Origin: Chiloscyllium plagiosum
Taxonomy: Eukaryota
Reading direction: 5' to 3'
Length of the DNA: 64,000 bases
NCBI RefSeq assembly: GCF_004010195.1
Contig: NC_057728.1
Span: 41,199,821-41,263,820 of the forward strand
The translations under genes and the position numbers were made by a program. Within the stretch, counting starts at the first letter, position 1; every line of letters begins with the position of its first letter. The notes beneath the pieces are model-generated. The model worked only from the letters and a program-made list of their open reading frames with translations, made no database searches and was not told the DNA's origin. Positions 1 to 64,000 of the stretch are shown here, piece by piece.

Positions 1-179
1 TAATCAACTTGTTGTGACACACCTTAATGGTGGTTAGAATTTGAATCCAGACTGTCTATCACTGCACAACAAGGGGCAACTACTACCTATATTTACATAT
101 GCAAAATGATCACTTGAGCAAAGTATTCTTAGAACAGTTCCCCAGTGAATGATCAATTTTAGTGACTTTCTATTTGTCA

Positions 180-1385
180 TTTAGAAACATAAAAGCATTG
201 AATATAGTTGCAGGAGTAAGCCTTCAGCCCTTTCAAGTCTACTTCACCATTCATAGCTGATCATCCGACTTAGTACCCTACTCCCACTTTCTCCCCATAT
301 CCTTTAATCCCATTAGTAATAAAAACAACATCTGCATCTTTCTTGAAAGTCTTTAAGGATTTGGACTCAACCATTTCCTGTGGCAGAGAATTCCAGAGGC
401 TTACCACTCACTGGTAAAAGAAATTTCACTTAATCTCTATTCGAAAAGGCCTATCTCTTGTCCCTTAGTCTGTGGCCCCTGGTTCTGGATGCTGTGATCA
501 TTGAGAACATCCTTCCTGAATCTACCCCATTTAATCTTGTTAGAATTTTATAGATTTCTGAGATCCCCTGCAATCCCATTCTTCTAAAATCTAGTGAATG
601 TAGCCTCACCTGATCCAGTCTTTTCCCTGTATATCAGTCCTGCCGATGTGGGAATCAGCATGAGAAACATTGTTTGTACTGCATAGCCAGAATGTCCTTT
701 CTCCGATAAAGACACGAAAACTGCTCCGTGATATTCCGAGAGTGGTCTCACAAAGGTCATGTATAATCGCAGCAAGATATTCCTGGTCCTCTATTCAATC
801 CTCTCACTATGAAGGCCAACATACCATTTGTTGTCTTCACCACCTGCTGCAACTGCATATTTACTTTCAGCAACTGATGTAGAAGGTCTCGTTGTGTTTT
901 CCTAATCTCTCAACATTTCAGATAATTTGCATGCCTGTTTTTGCTACCAAAGTGGATAACCTCGTTTTTTCATATTATTCTGCATCTGTCATGAATTTGC
1001 CCACTCACTCAATTAGTACAGGTGTGCATTGGAATAATAGAGTCTAGGAGTAACACATTCACTGGCTCCCTCTTATCCAAATCACTACTTGTTACATCCT
1101 CAAACAAGATTCCAGTAGATTTGTCAAGCATAACTTTTCCTTTGTAACTCCATGCTGACTCTATCCAATCTTGTCATTACCTTCCAATTGTTCTGCTATT
1201 AAATCTTTTATAATGGACATCGGCATTTTTCTCACTACTGATGTCAAGTTAATCGGTCTATAATTTGTTGCTTTTTCTTTCTCTCTTCTAAAATAGTGGA
1301 GTTACATTAGCTACCCTTCAATCCATGGGAATTGTTTCAGAATCTATAGAATTTTGGAAAATGATTGCCTAGCACATCTGCTATT
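180..1385 (-). mobile_element. Old CR1-type LINE 3' region, degraded
   Basis: The minus strand resembles the CR1 ORF2 3' end (LRLYMTFVRPLSEY..., akin to L.LY..LVRP.LEY) and a CR1-like tail near 180-300. Confidence 0.7.
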
Positions 1386-1389
1386 TCTA

Positions 1390-2545
1390 GAGTCTTAGAG
1401 TCACGCAGCATGAAAAATGACCCTTCAGTCCAACTAAACCATGCCGACCATAATCCCAAACTAACTAGTCCCACCTGTCTGTGTTTGGGCCATATCCCTC
1501 CCAACATTTCTTCTTCATGTACTTATCTAAATGTCTCAAATCCTGTAACTGTACCCGCACCCACACACAAGCCATTCTGTAAAACAAAAAAAAATTCCAC
1601 CTCATGTCTTTTAAATCTTCTCTTCTCCCCTTTAAAAATATGCCCTCTAGTCTTGAAATTCTCCACCCTAAGGAAAAGACGTCTTCCATTAGCCTTATCT
1701 ATGCCCCTTGTGATTTTATAAACCTTGATAAGGTCACCCCTTAACTTCCTAAACTTCAGTGAAAAAAGTCCCAGCCCATCTAAGCTCTCCCCATAAATCA
1801 AACCTTCCATTCCTGGCAACATCCTGGTAAATCTCTTCTGAATCCTCTCCAGCTTAATAATATTCTTCCTATAACAGGGTATTCAGAAATAGACACCAGT
1901 AGTGTAGCAGAGACCTCGCTAATGTGCTGTCCAATCTCAAAGTAACGTCCTCACTCCTATACTCAATGATGTGAACAATGAAGGCAAGTGTGCTAAATGC
2001 CTTCTTAAACACCCTATCTATATGTGTTCATAGCATTATGTACCTGAACCTCTAGGTCTCTGTTCTACAACACTACCCAAGACCCTGCTTTTAATTGTAT
2101 AAGTTGTTCCCCTGTTTGTTTTACCAAAATACAATGCCTCCCACTTATCCAAAATTAACCCCATCTGCCCTCATTAGCCCATTGACCCAATTAATCAAGA
2201 TCTCTTTGTAATCTTAGATAATGCCCTTCCCTGTCCACTATATCACCAGTTTTGTTGTCATCCACAAACTTACTAACCATGCCTTCTATATTCTCATCCA
2301 AATTATGTATAGATAAATGACAAACAAAAGTGGACCCAGTGCCAATCCCTGTGGAACGCCACTAGTCACAGGCCTCCAGTCTGAAAAACAGCCCTCCATG
2401 CCTACTCTGTCTCCTGCCATCAAGCCAATTTTGTATCCAGTTAGCAAGCTCACCCTGAATCCCATGTGACCCAACTTTACTAATTAGTCTACCAAGTGGA
2501 ACCTTGTCAAAGGCATTACTAATGTCCAAGTTAGCAATGTTTACG
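1390..2545 (-). mobile_element. CR1-type LINE, 5'-truncated
   Basis: Minus ORFs: [26 protein letters not shown] (RT) and LGLFSLKFRKLRGDLIKVYKITRGIDK...KTRGH (CR1 C-terminus). Confidence 0.88.
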
Positions 2546-2756
2546 GTGACTTGTTTAGGTAATATGGAATATTGATTACTGAGCCTGGGAATTCATCTGG
2601 GAACTTAATCCCATTAATTTCCCCAAAACTGTTTCCCTACTGATATTAATTTCAGCAATCTCTCTTCATTAGGCTCTGTGTTCCTCATGTTTTTGGGATG
2701 TTATTCTTTTTTCTTTGAGTTGAGCAGTTTTAATAGTTGGTGTGTTCTATTCTCAG

Positions 2757-54681
<51,925 letters not shown>

Positions 54682-55671
54682 GTGAGTACTTGTGTGAACA
54701 ATTATATTGAACAAGAACTCTCTACAGATAATGCCATGCATTACCATTTATGCTGTACCGTTCTGAACATTAAAATTCTTCCAAAGCCACTTATGAGGCT
54801 AGCAATCCTGATTATGTACACTGTTATGAAATGATCTTCACAGCCAGCCAGTATTTTTGAGCATGTGACTTGTCACAGATAAAGTTGGTTTCCTGCAAGT
54901 TTGGCTGTCAGACTGCTACATCTAGATTCTGTGACTCTGGGTTTAGGACTCACTTCCATGAGTCCATATTTGAAGCATTTACAGACATTGGTTGAAATTG
55001 GCAAAAGCTGAGCTTTGATGTCTGTGTTATTGAAGAACTCGTTCATATTTACTGGGAAAAGAACTCTTGTGCAATATTTGCAACAGAATTGTCAATTAAA
55101 TTTTCAAAAACATCTTCCAACTTTACCACGTAGGGTACTGAAAAAATTGATCTCCACTGTCTAAGTCACTTAGAGAGGATGCAGTCTTCCAGAAAATGCA
55201 TGCGCTTTGGGCAAAAGGTTCAAAACGTACTTCGAGAGCTAACATTGGAAAGTACCTTAGAAAAAGACTGTGTTGCTTTCTTAAAGAACAATAATGGACT
55301 TCTTCCTCTTTTCATTTTCATGTTTATGTTGGTTGTGTTGATGTCTTCTGATTTTAATTTCTTTGTGATGGTACACTAGTTTTTCATTATTACTGCTACA
55401 CAAATAGAGTAATTGAAACTAGCATTGTTGTAGAATGCTCTGTTAACCTTCATGAAGCTGCACATAGATTAGCTTTCACAAGAGGAAAGAACATTCATCA
55501 GCTTTGAAGTTAACATTGAATTAGAATGTATATATACCTATAAAACATAGTTCCAGAAAATACTTGGATTTATTACCATTTTATTTAAATGAATCCATTA
55601 TAACATTGTTTTTCAAATACCAGTGGTTTTTCAGTATAGAACACAATTTGCTGAAATAAAAGACGTACTTT

Positions 55672-55972
55672 TTAGATTAGATTAGATTCCCTACAGTGTG
55701 GAAACAGGCTGTTCGGCCCAACGAGTCCACACCGACCCGCCGAAGCATAACCCACCCAGACCCATTCACCTACACCTAACACTATGGGCAATTTAGCATG
55801 GCCAATTCACCTAACCTGCACATTTTTTGATTTTGGGAGGAAACCAGAGCACCTGGAGAAAACCCATGCAGACACGGGAAGAATGTGCAAACTCCACACA
55901 CAGGCGGGAATTGAACCCGGGTCTCTGGCGCTGTGAGGCAGCAGTGCTAACCACTGTGCTGACATGCTGCCC
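55672..55972 (-). mobile_element. HE1-like V-SINE
   Basis: (ttaga)n tail, V-domain and tRNA-like head in reverse complement. Confidence 0.9.
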
Positions 55973-56291
55973 ATTTTTTTTTTTAACTCACACACTTGGA
56001 AACCTTTTGAAGCTTTTGTCATGCACTTTTCAGGATAGATGCAGAAAAACATTTTTTAAGTGGAACAATAATTTGTGCTGCATCAGAAACAGGGTGTAGA
56101 TTGATTGGAAAGTGGACTGTCATGAATATACCACTGAAGAGTTATCCCACATCGTTAAATTCGAAAGGCAAGTCAACTCTGATTGGATGAGATGTGCCAT
56201 AGGAAATCCACCAGCTATTTGTGATATCTCCAAAGTTTTATTGAATTGAGAAGACATAATGATAAAGCATTCATTTTGCCTGCAGAGGGTC

Positions 56292-57750
56292 TTTTTGATT
56301 TGATTTGAATTTGTTATTGTCACATATACTGAAATACGGTGAAAAGTATTGTATTGCATGCTAACCAGGCAAATCACACCTAACCTAAGTACATCGGGCT
56401 AATAGAACAATGCAGAACATACAATATACAAGAGGTCCTTTCATAAGCCTAATAACAGTAGGGGAAAAGAAACTGTTTTTCAATTTGTTGCTACATGTTT
56501 TCAAACCTTTGTATCTTCTGCCCGACAGAAGAGAGTGGAAGAGAGAATAACTGGGGTGGGAGGGATCTTTGATTACGTTGGCTGTTTTCAAAAGGCAGCA
56601 GGAAGTGTAGACTGTGTCAATAGAAGGAACACTGGTTTTCATGATGGATGGGGCTGCATTCACAACTCTCAATAATTTCTTGCGGTCTTGAGCAAAGCAG
56701 TTGCCAAATCAAGCTATGTGCTTCCAGATAGGATACTTTCTGTGGTGCGTCCATAAAAATTGGTAAGGGTCATAATGGATATGCCACATTTCCTTAGCCT
56801 TCTGAGGAAGTGCTTTCTTAACCGTAGCATCAACATGGATGGACCAGGATAGATCGTTGGTGATACTTACACCTAGGAACTTTAAGCTCTCGATTACCTC
56901 CACCTTAGCACCATTAATACTGACAGGAGGGTGCCTTGAGCTCTGCTCCCTGAAGTGAATGCCAGCTCTTATGTTTTCCTGACATTGAGGAAGAGCTTGT
57001 TACCACTAAGTGCTCTATCTCCTTTCTGTTCACACTCTTATCGTCATTTGAGACCTGCCCCACTACACTGGTGTCATTAGCAAATTTGCAAATGGAGTGA
57101 GAGCCAAATTTAGCCACACAAATGTATAAGGAGTATAATAGAGAACGGAGTACACAGCCTTGCGGGGCACCAGTGTTGAGGGTTATCGTGGGCAAGGTAT
57201 TGTCATCTGTCCTTGCTGATTGCAGTCTGTGGGTCAGAAAAGCAAGGATCCAGTTGCAGAATAGGGAGCAACGTACTAGGTCCTGGAATTTGGAGATGAA
57301 TTTTATTGAATTATGGTGTTGAAGGCAGAGCTAAAGTCAATAAGCAGGAGTCTGACGTAATTGTCCTTGTTATCCACATGTTTAAGGGATGAATGTAGGG
57401 CCGTAAAATTTTTTGTGAATACCTCCTCAAGCTGATCCATATAGGATCTGAGCACATGACCAGGGACTCCAACTGGGCCAGTTGTCTTGCATGAGTTCAC
57501 CCTCAGAAAACTGATTTGACGTCTGTGATGGTGTCTGTGGGTACAGGTCCACCCAAGGCTGTCGAGGCGGTGGCATCATTTCACTGAGCTTCTGCTCAAA
57601 ACGAGCATAGAATATATTGAGCTCATTGGGGAGGAATACATTGTTGTCAGCAATTCTAATTGACTTTGCTTTGTGGCCCATTATATCATGTAAGCCTTGC
57701 CACAGTCAACGTGTGTTCATGAGATTAGTCTGGGGCTCTAGTTTTATCAG
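56292..57750 (-). mobile_element. Rex1/Babar-type LINE fragment
   Basis: Minus peptides [86 protein letters not shown]...LKNSFF; (aatca)n-like tail at 56292-56310. Confidence 0.85.
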
Positions 57751-58179
57751 GAAATGTCCCTTGTTGTCCCTGTTGGACTTGACCCTAATATATAAATATG
57801 TTGCTTCTAGCAAACATAAATAAACAACTGCAAGTTCAGCTGATGATCTTAAATTAAATATTGGTGTGATTTTGGCACACTTGGAATTGTTCACTAAGTA
57901 CTGGCCAATCACAGAATTGCACTAATAAAAGCTTTGGTGTAATTGTTACATGGTGGACCCTGTTTCTCAAGCAGTATGAACTCTGTTTACTTTGAAATCT
58001 GATATTCTTGCATCTGTCCAGATAAATACAGATAACATGTTTCAGGATCATTCTTATTTTGGCAAAATGCACCACCTGTTCAAAACCAGACATATTTCTG
58101 TAAAATCTCCAATTCCCATGCATTTTATAAATGTTCGAGATGATATTTCTAACTGTTGCTATCAGTATCACAATACTGA

Positions 58180-58750
58180 GAGGAGATTCCCTTCCATAAG
58201 ATTAGCTAAACTAGATTTTACTGCCATACCCTTAATACCTCTTCTGAGCAGCTTCTAATGCAACTAATTAAGGAGACTGTATATTTACACAGTATCCAAG
58301 ATGTGCTCTTATTAATACCTTGGATGACTGTAGCAAATTATCCCTATTTTTATATTCCACTCCACTTAAAGTAGTCACAGTTCTATTTTCCTTCCTAGTT
58401 GTTGTACCTGCATGCTAGCTTTTAAGTAATTCATGACCCAGGGCAAACAGATTGCCCTGTACCTCAGAATTCTGCAATCTTTCTCTATTTACATAAAATC
58501 CTGCTTTTCCAACTTCTCTGATTGTTGAATTTTGACTATTTCTATCAAATCTCCTCAACCTTCTCTTCAAGGAGAACAACCCCAGCTTCTCTAACCCATG
58601 CAAGTTCAGTTTCTCATCTCTGGAACCATTGATGTAAATCTTTTCTGCACATTTTAAATTCCTGCCTAAAACATTGTACCTAGAACTTCATGCAATTGTC
58701 CAAGTAAGGCTGAATCAATGTTGTGTGCAAGTCTGTAATAATGTCCTTGC
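58180..58750 (-). mobile_element. CR1 fragments
   Basis: GLEKLGLFSLKRRLRR and NSEVQGNL.ALGHE.LK remnants. Confidence 0.65.
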
Positions 58751-60020
58751 AATAAATTTGTCAAACCATATTTTCCTGTGTCTAAAATTCTACTTTTGGA
58801 ATGTGGCCGATAACATTGGGAGGTGATCCAAGAATGTTATTATTTTATGAACTATGGTAGCATCAAATGTATAAGTGTCTGAGCCTAAAGAAGGGAAATA
58901 GGAGAGCTTTGGCTCATTCTAAAACTAGAACCAAGCAAACACTAAAAAAAAAATGATTGAAGCAGATGCCAGAATTACCCATTCATTTTGAAATGCAGAT
59001 GAATGTAACTAGTATGTTACATGCACGACCACTGAGGAATGAACAATTATAAGAATTTCACATTAATTTTATTATGCCATTGAGCCCACTTGAATCAATG
59101 GTTAACTAACCTGATGTTTTTTTCTCTGGGGGATATCCAATTAAATTTCTTGAAATAATTTTCCTGAAATGATGACCCAAATGAAATGGAGTCAGTGAAA
59201 TTTTTAGAGCTGGACAACATGTATTCAGAATTAATTTATTGAACCAAAAAGCAGCTCAAATTGAACTACTTGATTTAGTTTGCTAATCTGCAGAATAATT
59301 TAGCTTTCCATTTTATATTCTATTCTCTGAGGTTCACATTCCCATGGCATGAAGTATGCTTCATATTAAAAATGAAAATGTAATCCTTGTCTTGGTGCAT
59401 TATTAAGCAATGCAATGCAGAGATGAAAATCCAAATCAACAGTTGGACCAAAAATGATTACTGTCAGTTTCTTCGATCAGATGAGGGAAAGTAAGACCGA
59501 GTTTGTTGAACACTGTAATGTGCTTTGCTGTCTATGCTCCCAAGTGAATAATGACCATCAGCAAGAGTCAACAAATTCAAGATAAGGAAATGAGAAATTT
59601 GAGGCAAGAGGGACAAAATAAACAGAAATTTGTATCTAAATGTATTTGTCAAGCCACATTCAAATCAGGCAAAGATTTGTTCAGGCTCTGTCCTAATTAT
59701 TGTATTCAAACTGACTGGATTAATGTGTCAATTAAGCAGACCCGGGGTAATCATTGTGAAGATGATATACATGCAGTAAATCTCAAATGTTATATGAAAC
59801 TAAATATTTGGTCACTGATAAGCTACTGATGTTTTCAGTACTTGATGACTGGAGACCAACAGTTCTAAATCTTACTCTTCCTATATTTAGGCAAGCTCTT
59901 GGTGCTGTTTTCTCTTACCTTTATAATGAATTATTTTCTTCTTTCTCAAATATTGAAAGCAAACAACCAATTATTAATGTTCCTAGTACATGAATGATTT
60001 CCTGAAAAAGAGAGAATGGT

Positions 60021-60343
60021 GGGCGGCACGGTGGCACAGTGGTTAGCACTGCTGCCTCACAGCGCCAGAGACCCGGGTTCAATTCCCACCTCAGGCAACT
60101 GACTGTGTGGAGTTTGCACATTCTCCCAGTGTCTGCGTGGGTTTCCTCCGGGTGCTCCAGTTTCCTCCCACAGTCCAAAGGTGTGCAGGTCAGGTGAATT
60201 GGCCATGCTAAATTGCCCGTAGTGTTAGGTAAGGGGTAAATGTAGGGGTATGGGTGGGTTGCGCTTCGGCGGGTCGGTGTGGACTTGTTGGGCCGAAGGG
60301 CCTGTTTCCACACTAATGTAATCTAATCTAAAAAAATCTAATC
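60021..60343 (+). mobile_element. HE1-like V-SINE, well preserved
   Basis: A box TGGCACAGTGG (60032-60042), B box GGTTCAATTCC (60076-60086), V-domain tgtgtggagtttgcacattctccc...gggtttcctccgggtgctcc, CR1-like tail and (aatct)n end; CpGs retained. Confidence 0.93.
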
Positions 60344-60368
60344 AAACCAGCCTGTTGGTACTTATTTT

Positions 60369-60675
60369 GGCAGCACGGTGGCTCAGTGGTTGGCAATGCT
60401 GAATCACAGTGCCAGGGACCTCGGTTCAATTCCAGCCCCTGGTGACTGTCTGTCTATGTGGAGTTTGTACATTCTGTTTTCTCTGGGTGTTCTGGTTTCC
60501 TCCCACATGATCCACAGATGTGCAGGTTAGGTGGATTTGCCATGCTAAATTGCCCATAATGTGCAGGCTTGGTGGATTAGGTATGGGGGTGCAGGTTATA
60601 GGGTAGGGGTTTGGGTCTGGCTGGGATGCTCTTCAGAGGGTCAGTGCAAACTCTGGCCTGCTGTACGGATTCTAC
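60369..60675 (+). mobile_element. HE1-like V-SINE, older copy adjacent to the previous one
   Basis: ggcagcacggtggctcagtggttggca...cggttcaattccagcc...gatgtgcaggttaggtggatttgccatgctaaattgccc. Confidence 0.85.
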
Positions 60676-60944
60676 CATTTTATTTAAGATTAATATGTGC
60701 TACTTTAAAGATGGTTAATATGCAAGAGCTGTAGAAATTGTAAAAAAAAATGCTTTAAATTATAGAATGGAAACAAATGTCAGTCAGTTATGGATGGATA
60801 TTAACCAAACTATTTAACTTTGAGATCAATAACAGAAAATTGTTATCTTAAAGTCACTGGAACATATGAAACAGTTATTAAAACATGTGTTATGGCACAC
60901 TGTGACAGTATTCCCAATTGGTTAATCATGAACAAAAAACTGAA

Positions 60945-61072
60945 AGAGCTGTGGATACTGGCAATCAGAAACAAAAACAAAAACAGAAATTGCTGGGGAA
61001 ACTCTGGTCTGGCAGCATCTGTGGAGAGAAATCAGAGATAACATTTCAGGCCCAGCAACCCTTCTTCAGAAC
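60945..61072 (-). mobile_element. Penelope-derived short repeat with hammerhead-like core
   Basis: Minus strand 61069-61039 reads ctgaagaagggttgctgggcctgaaatgtta. Confidence 0.7.
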
Positions 61073-61639
61073 ATAAGATATATTTTGTTGCTTGGGCCTA
61101 AGCTACCCTCCTCAATGGGTGTGATCAGAAAGGTCTCACAGAGTGTACTCATCCATACAATCCTGATTTAGTGAAAACTTCCACATCCATATGGTCGATA
61201 TCCTAAGAAATTTTACAGCATGTTGAATGCAGCATAACTCTGTTTTAGCAGTATACTAATGTTATAATTACGGCTAAGCGCCCTCATGGAAAAGCTCATT
61301 TTATCATTTTTTTTACTCAGTAGCTGATCCACTCAGTTAAAATCAGTGGTAATAACATCATAACATGGTAGAACCTTGCATTCAGTTTATGTGAGAGAAG
61401 CTTGGGTCAGAAACAACTATCATAAAGTGAGTATTTACAAAGGATGGAGGCAGAGTCGGCTGGAGTGGACTGGAAAAATACTTTAGCAGCAAAGACAGTT
61501 GAGAGAATAATGGGGATCCAGGAAATGGTAGAGCAATTGAATAAATACTTCGCTTCAGTCTTCACGGTAGAAGACACTAATAGCATTCCATAAATATAAA
61601 ATAATCAAGAGATAAAGGGTGGAGAGGAAATTAATGTTG

Positions 61640-61830
61640 CTCTGGTCCTACCAGACCTTAGGGCTATCCTCTCCATTAGAGAGAGAGAGAGAGAACTGAT
61701 GGTGGTTTAACCTGGGGATCACCATACCTCAGGCAAGGGGAGTGGTTGAGAAGGAGAGTCTTTCATGGTAACCTCAGTCAGTGTGGAAATTGAATTCAGT
61801 GTGTCATTCTGCATTGCGAACCAAATGTTT
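61640..61830 (-). mobile_element. SINE-like repeat, same family as 43135-43372, containing (GA)n
   Basis: ggtggtttaacctggggatcacc...cctcaggcaagggg...ttgagaaggagagtctttcatggtaacctcag. Confidence 0.6.
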
Positions 61831-63519
61831 TATTAGCTTCTCTCTTAATATGAGCATAATTTATTTCACAATCTGAAAATTTAAATTATAAGCCAAGGAT
61901 TTTAAGTTTTTAATTGTCTGGCTTCCCAAGTGTGTGAATGGTTTGATTTGATTGGTTGCCTGCTTATTTGTTGACAACTCTACTGCTACATTTCCTTTGA
62001 GGAGACGCTAGATTTAAACTACAGTCTGTAAAGGGGAAATTCCTCTCTCAGGGATTTTAGAGCCTTTCTGGGCAGCTTTCTTCAAGGTCAATGGCAAACT
62101 CAATCTTATTGTTACTGCCTGCCAAAGTCTAGGTACATATCTCCAACCTACCATTGGAAAAGAACTATGTTGAAGTTGTGTTATGGCTCAGGGATGCCTG
62201 TCTGGTTCCCTAACCTCCTTTTCATGTGGTTTTAGCACTAATTATAATGTAGCTCAGCAAAACTCATTCAGTAGTGCAATTCATGGCTCATTAATTAAGC
62301 AGTTTGATTTTCAATGACTTACTTTGTTAATAACTTGCCAATAACAAATTAATGTACCTTGTGGAGAGCACCTGCTTTTCACAAGCCAATATATGCCAAG
62401 TATCTTACTCTGGAGTGAATTTGAAAAGGCATCAACTTTAGGCTGCACAGGCAGAATTCCTTCAGGTCATCATGAATTCACTTTTTAACCATCTTTAAAT
62501 TATTATAATTAAAGCAAAGCTGATCGTCCCTCTGATGCTCCTTTTCCATTAGCGTTGGAAAGAATTTGAAACTGGGGATAGTTAATTATTAATAGTGTTT
62601 TATATTGCTTTCATGTTAGCTGATAATTTTCATCTTGAGTAAAATAAGGGTGTCACTCATCTCTGTAGTTAAACAACACAAATGATCAGCAAAGTCTACC
62701 TCCAGTTAGAGATAGCGTTCATTAATCAGGTAATGCTGGTAGCTAAAGTGTATTCCAACATTTTTAGACTTCCTCCCTCTGACTAATGATCTTGAAATGG
62801 CGAGGAAGATGTGCTTCAGAGAGACTATTGTGCCAAACATCATCTTAATATTACAAACTTTCTTTCTGACTTTGTTGTATTTTTAGTCAACCTGTTCAGG
62901 TATGCCATGAACCACCTCTGGAGCAGGTGGGACTTTAATCTGGACTTCTTGGTCCACAGCTAGGGAAACTACAACTGTACTACAACAGCCCTTCCTTGCT
63001 ACTGCTTATGTCATTTCCCACAGCCAGTTCCTGTCCCTCATCACTCCTGTCAGTGATCTATACTGATTCCTGGTGGCCACAATGCTTCACATTTGAAGTT
63101 CTCATTCTCCATCCCTTCCTCATTGTATCTGAAACACATCTTCTTGCCATTTCAAGAACCTTAGTCACAGGGAGGAAGTCAGCCACGAGAGTATTGGAAT
63201 CAAAACATTTCAAAGCATCTGAAGGGGCTAAAGAAGTATTAAAATTTTGTTCTTGGAGGCTCATTTTGATTTTTCTATGTCCGAGTCTGTAATCTGAATA
63301 AACAATTCAACCAGGCATGATCTGGTCTTGAAAAATTGAAGGAACATTCATGTCTAACGACAAAGCTTCATCCTTCATCCAGACACCCACCATCCTCTGA
63401 TTTTTTTTTTTAAAAATGATTTTCTTCTTGTGCCCTCTAATCCTTCTCCCACTAAATTATCATGAAGAGTTAAACAAATTCTCTGGAATTTAGTGGTTTA
63501 AGGGTTGATTTTTATCAAA

Positions 63520-63885
63520 GTTTTCACATTATTGAGGGGAACAGATCAGGTAGATTAAAGACAAAGTATTTCCACCTGGTTGGGAAGTCTAAGGTTAGGA
63601 AATCTGGTCTAAAACAGAGCTAGACATTTCAAGATTTAAATTAGGAAATACTCCAACATGCAGAAGTGCAATAGAAGTTTGGAACTTCCTGCAGAATTGG
63701 AAGCTGATGCTCAATCAATTATTCATTTTAAATTGGAAGTTGGTAAATTTTAGTTAACCAAAGCTGCTTTGGGATAGGATGCATAGACAAGTATATAGAG
63801 TTGCACCACATATTGGCCATGATCTCATTACACAACAAAACAGGCTTTGACAACTAAATGGTTTACTTTCTGTTCCTATGTCTTG
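63520..63885 (+). mobile_element. Old CR1 3' fragment
   Basis: Decayed CR1 end with ggccatgatctcatt...caggctttgacaactaaatggtttactttctgttcctatg tail. Confidence 0.6.
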
Positions 63886-64000
63886 TTTCACATCAATCAT
63901 AAACTTTCTTGTGCTTATTGTTCTTGAATCATATCAGTGTTGTGAAATTTTCCTGACAGTATGAAACATGGTCTACTCTGCTGCAGTATTGTAATTCTAC

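Noticed and set aside
60021..60095. tRNA gene (also at the other A/B-box heads)
   Set aside because: The A and B boxes run directly into the V-domain and LINE tail, so these are SINE heads.
54682..64000. Next GRIP1 exon (expected ..RKPGDPL.ISDIKKGS.AHR-like)
   Set aside because: Not found by eye or in the ORF track; it probably lies beyond the window, though a short exon could have been missed.

Overview
Vertebrate genomic DNA, AT-rich and repeat-dense. The HE1/V-SINE, Deu-type SINE, CR1, Rex1 and Penelope repeat content points to a shark/elasmobranch (inference). The whole window lies inside one + strand gene, GRIP1 (glutamate receptor-interacting protein 1, a multi-PDZ scaffold). I read 12 internal coding exons (2757-54681) with AG/GT boundaries and matching phases. 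They splice into an uninterrupted 1632-nt (544-codon) frame covering PDZ1-PDZ4 and the start of PDZ5; the start and end of the gene lie outside the window. The introns hold a full-length decayed antisense L1-clade LINE, Tx1-like, Rex1 and CR1 fragments, SINEs, LTR-like elements and several Penelope-like elements with minimal hammerhead-ribozyme motifs. The most notable leads are the hammerhead/hairpin repeats, a candidate internal first exon for a short PDZ4-7 isoform, a splicing-motif cluster around a cassette exon, and an LTR-like insertion containing a templated copy of flanking DNA. I cannot support a wholly new biological system here. Repeat boundaries are approximate, and family names come from motif recognition, not database searches.
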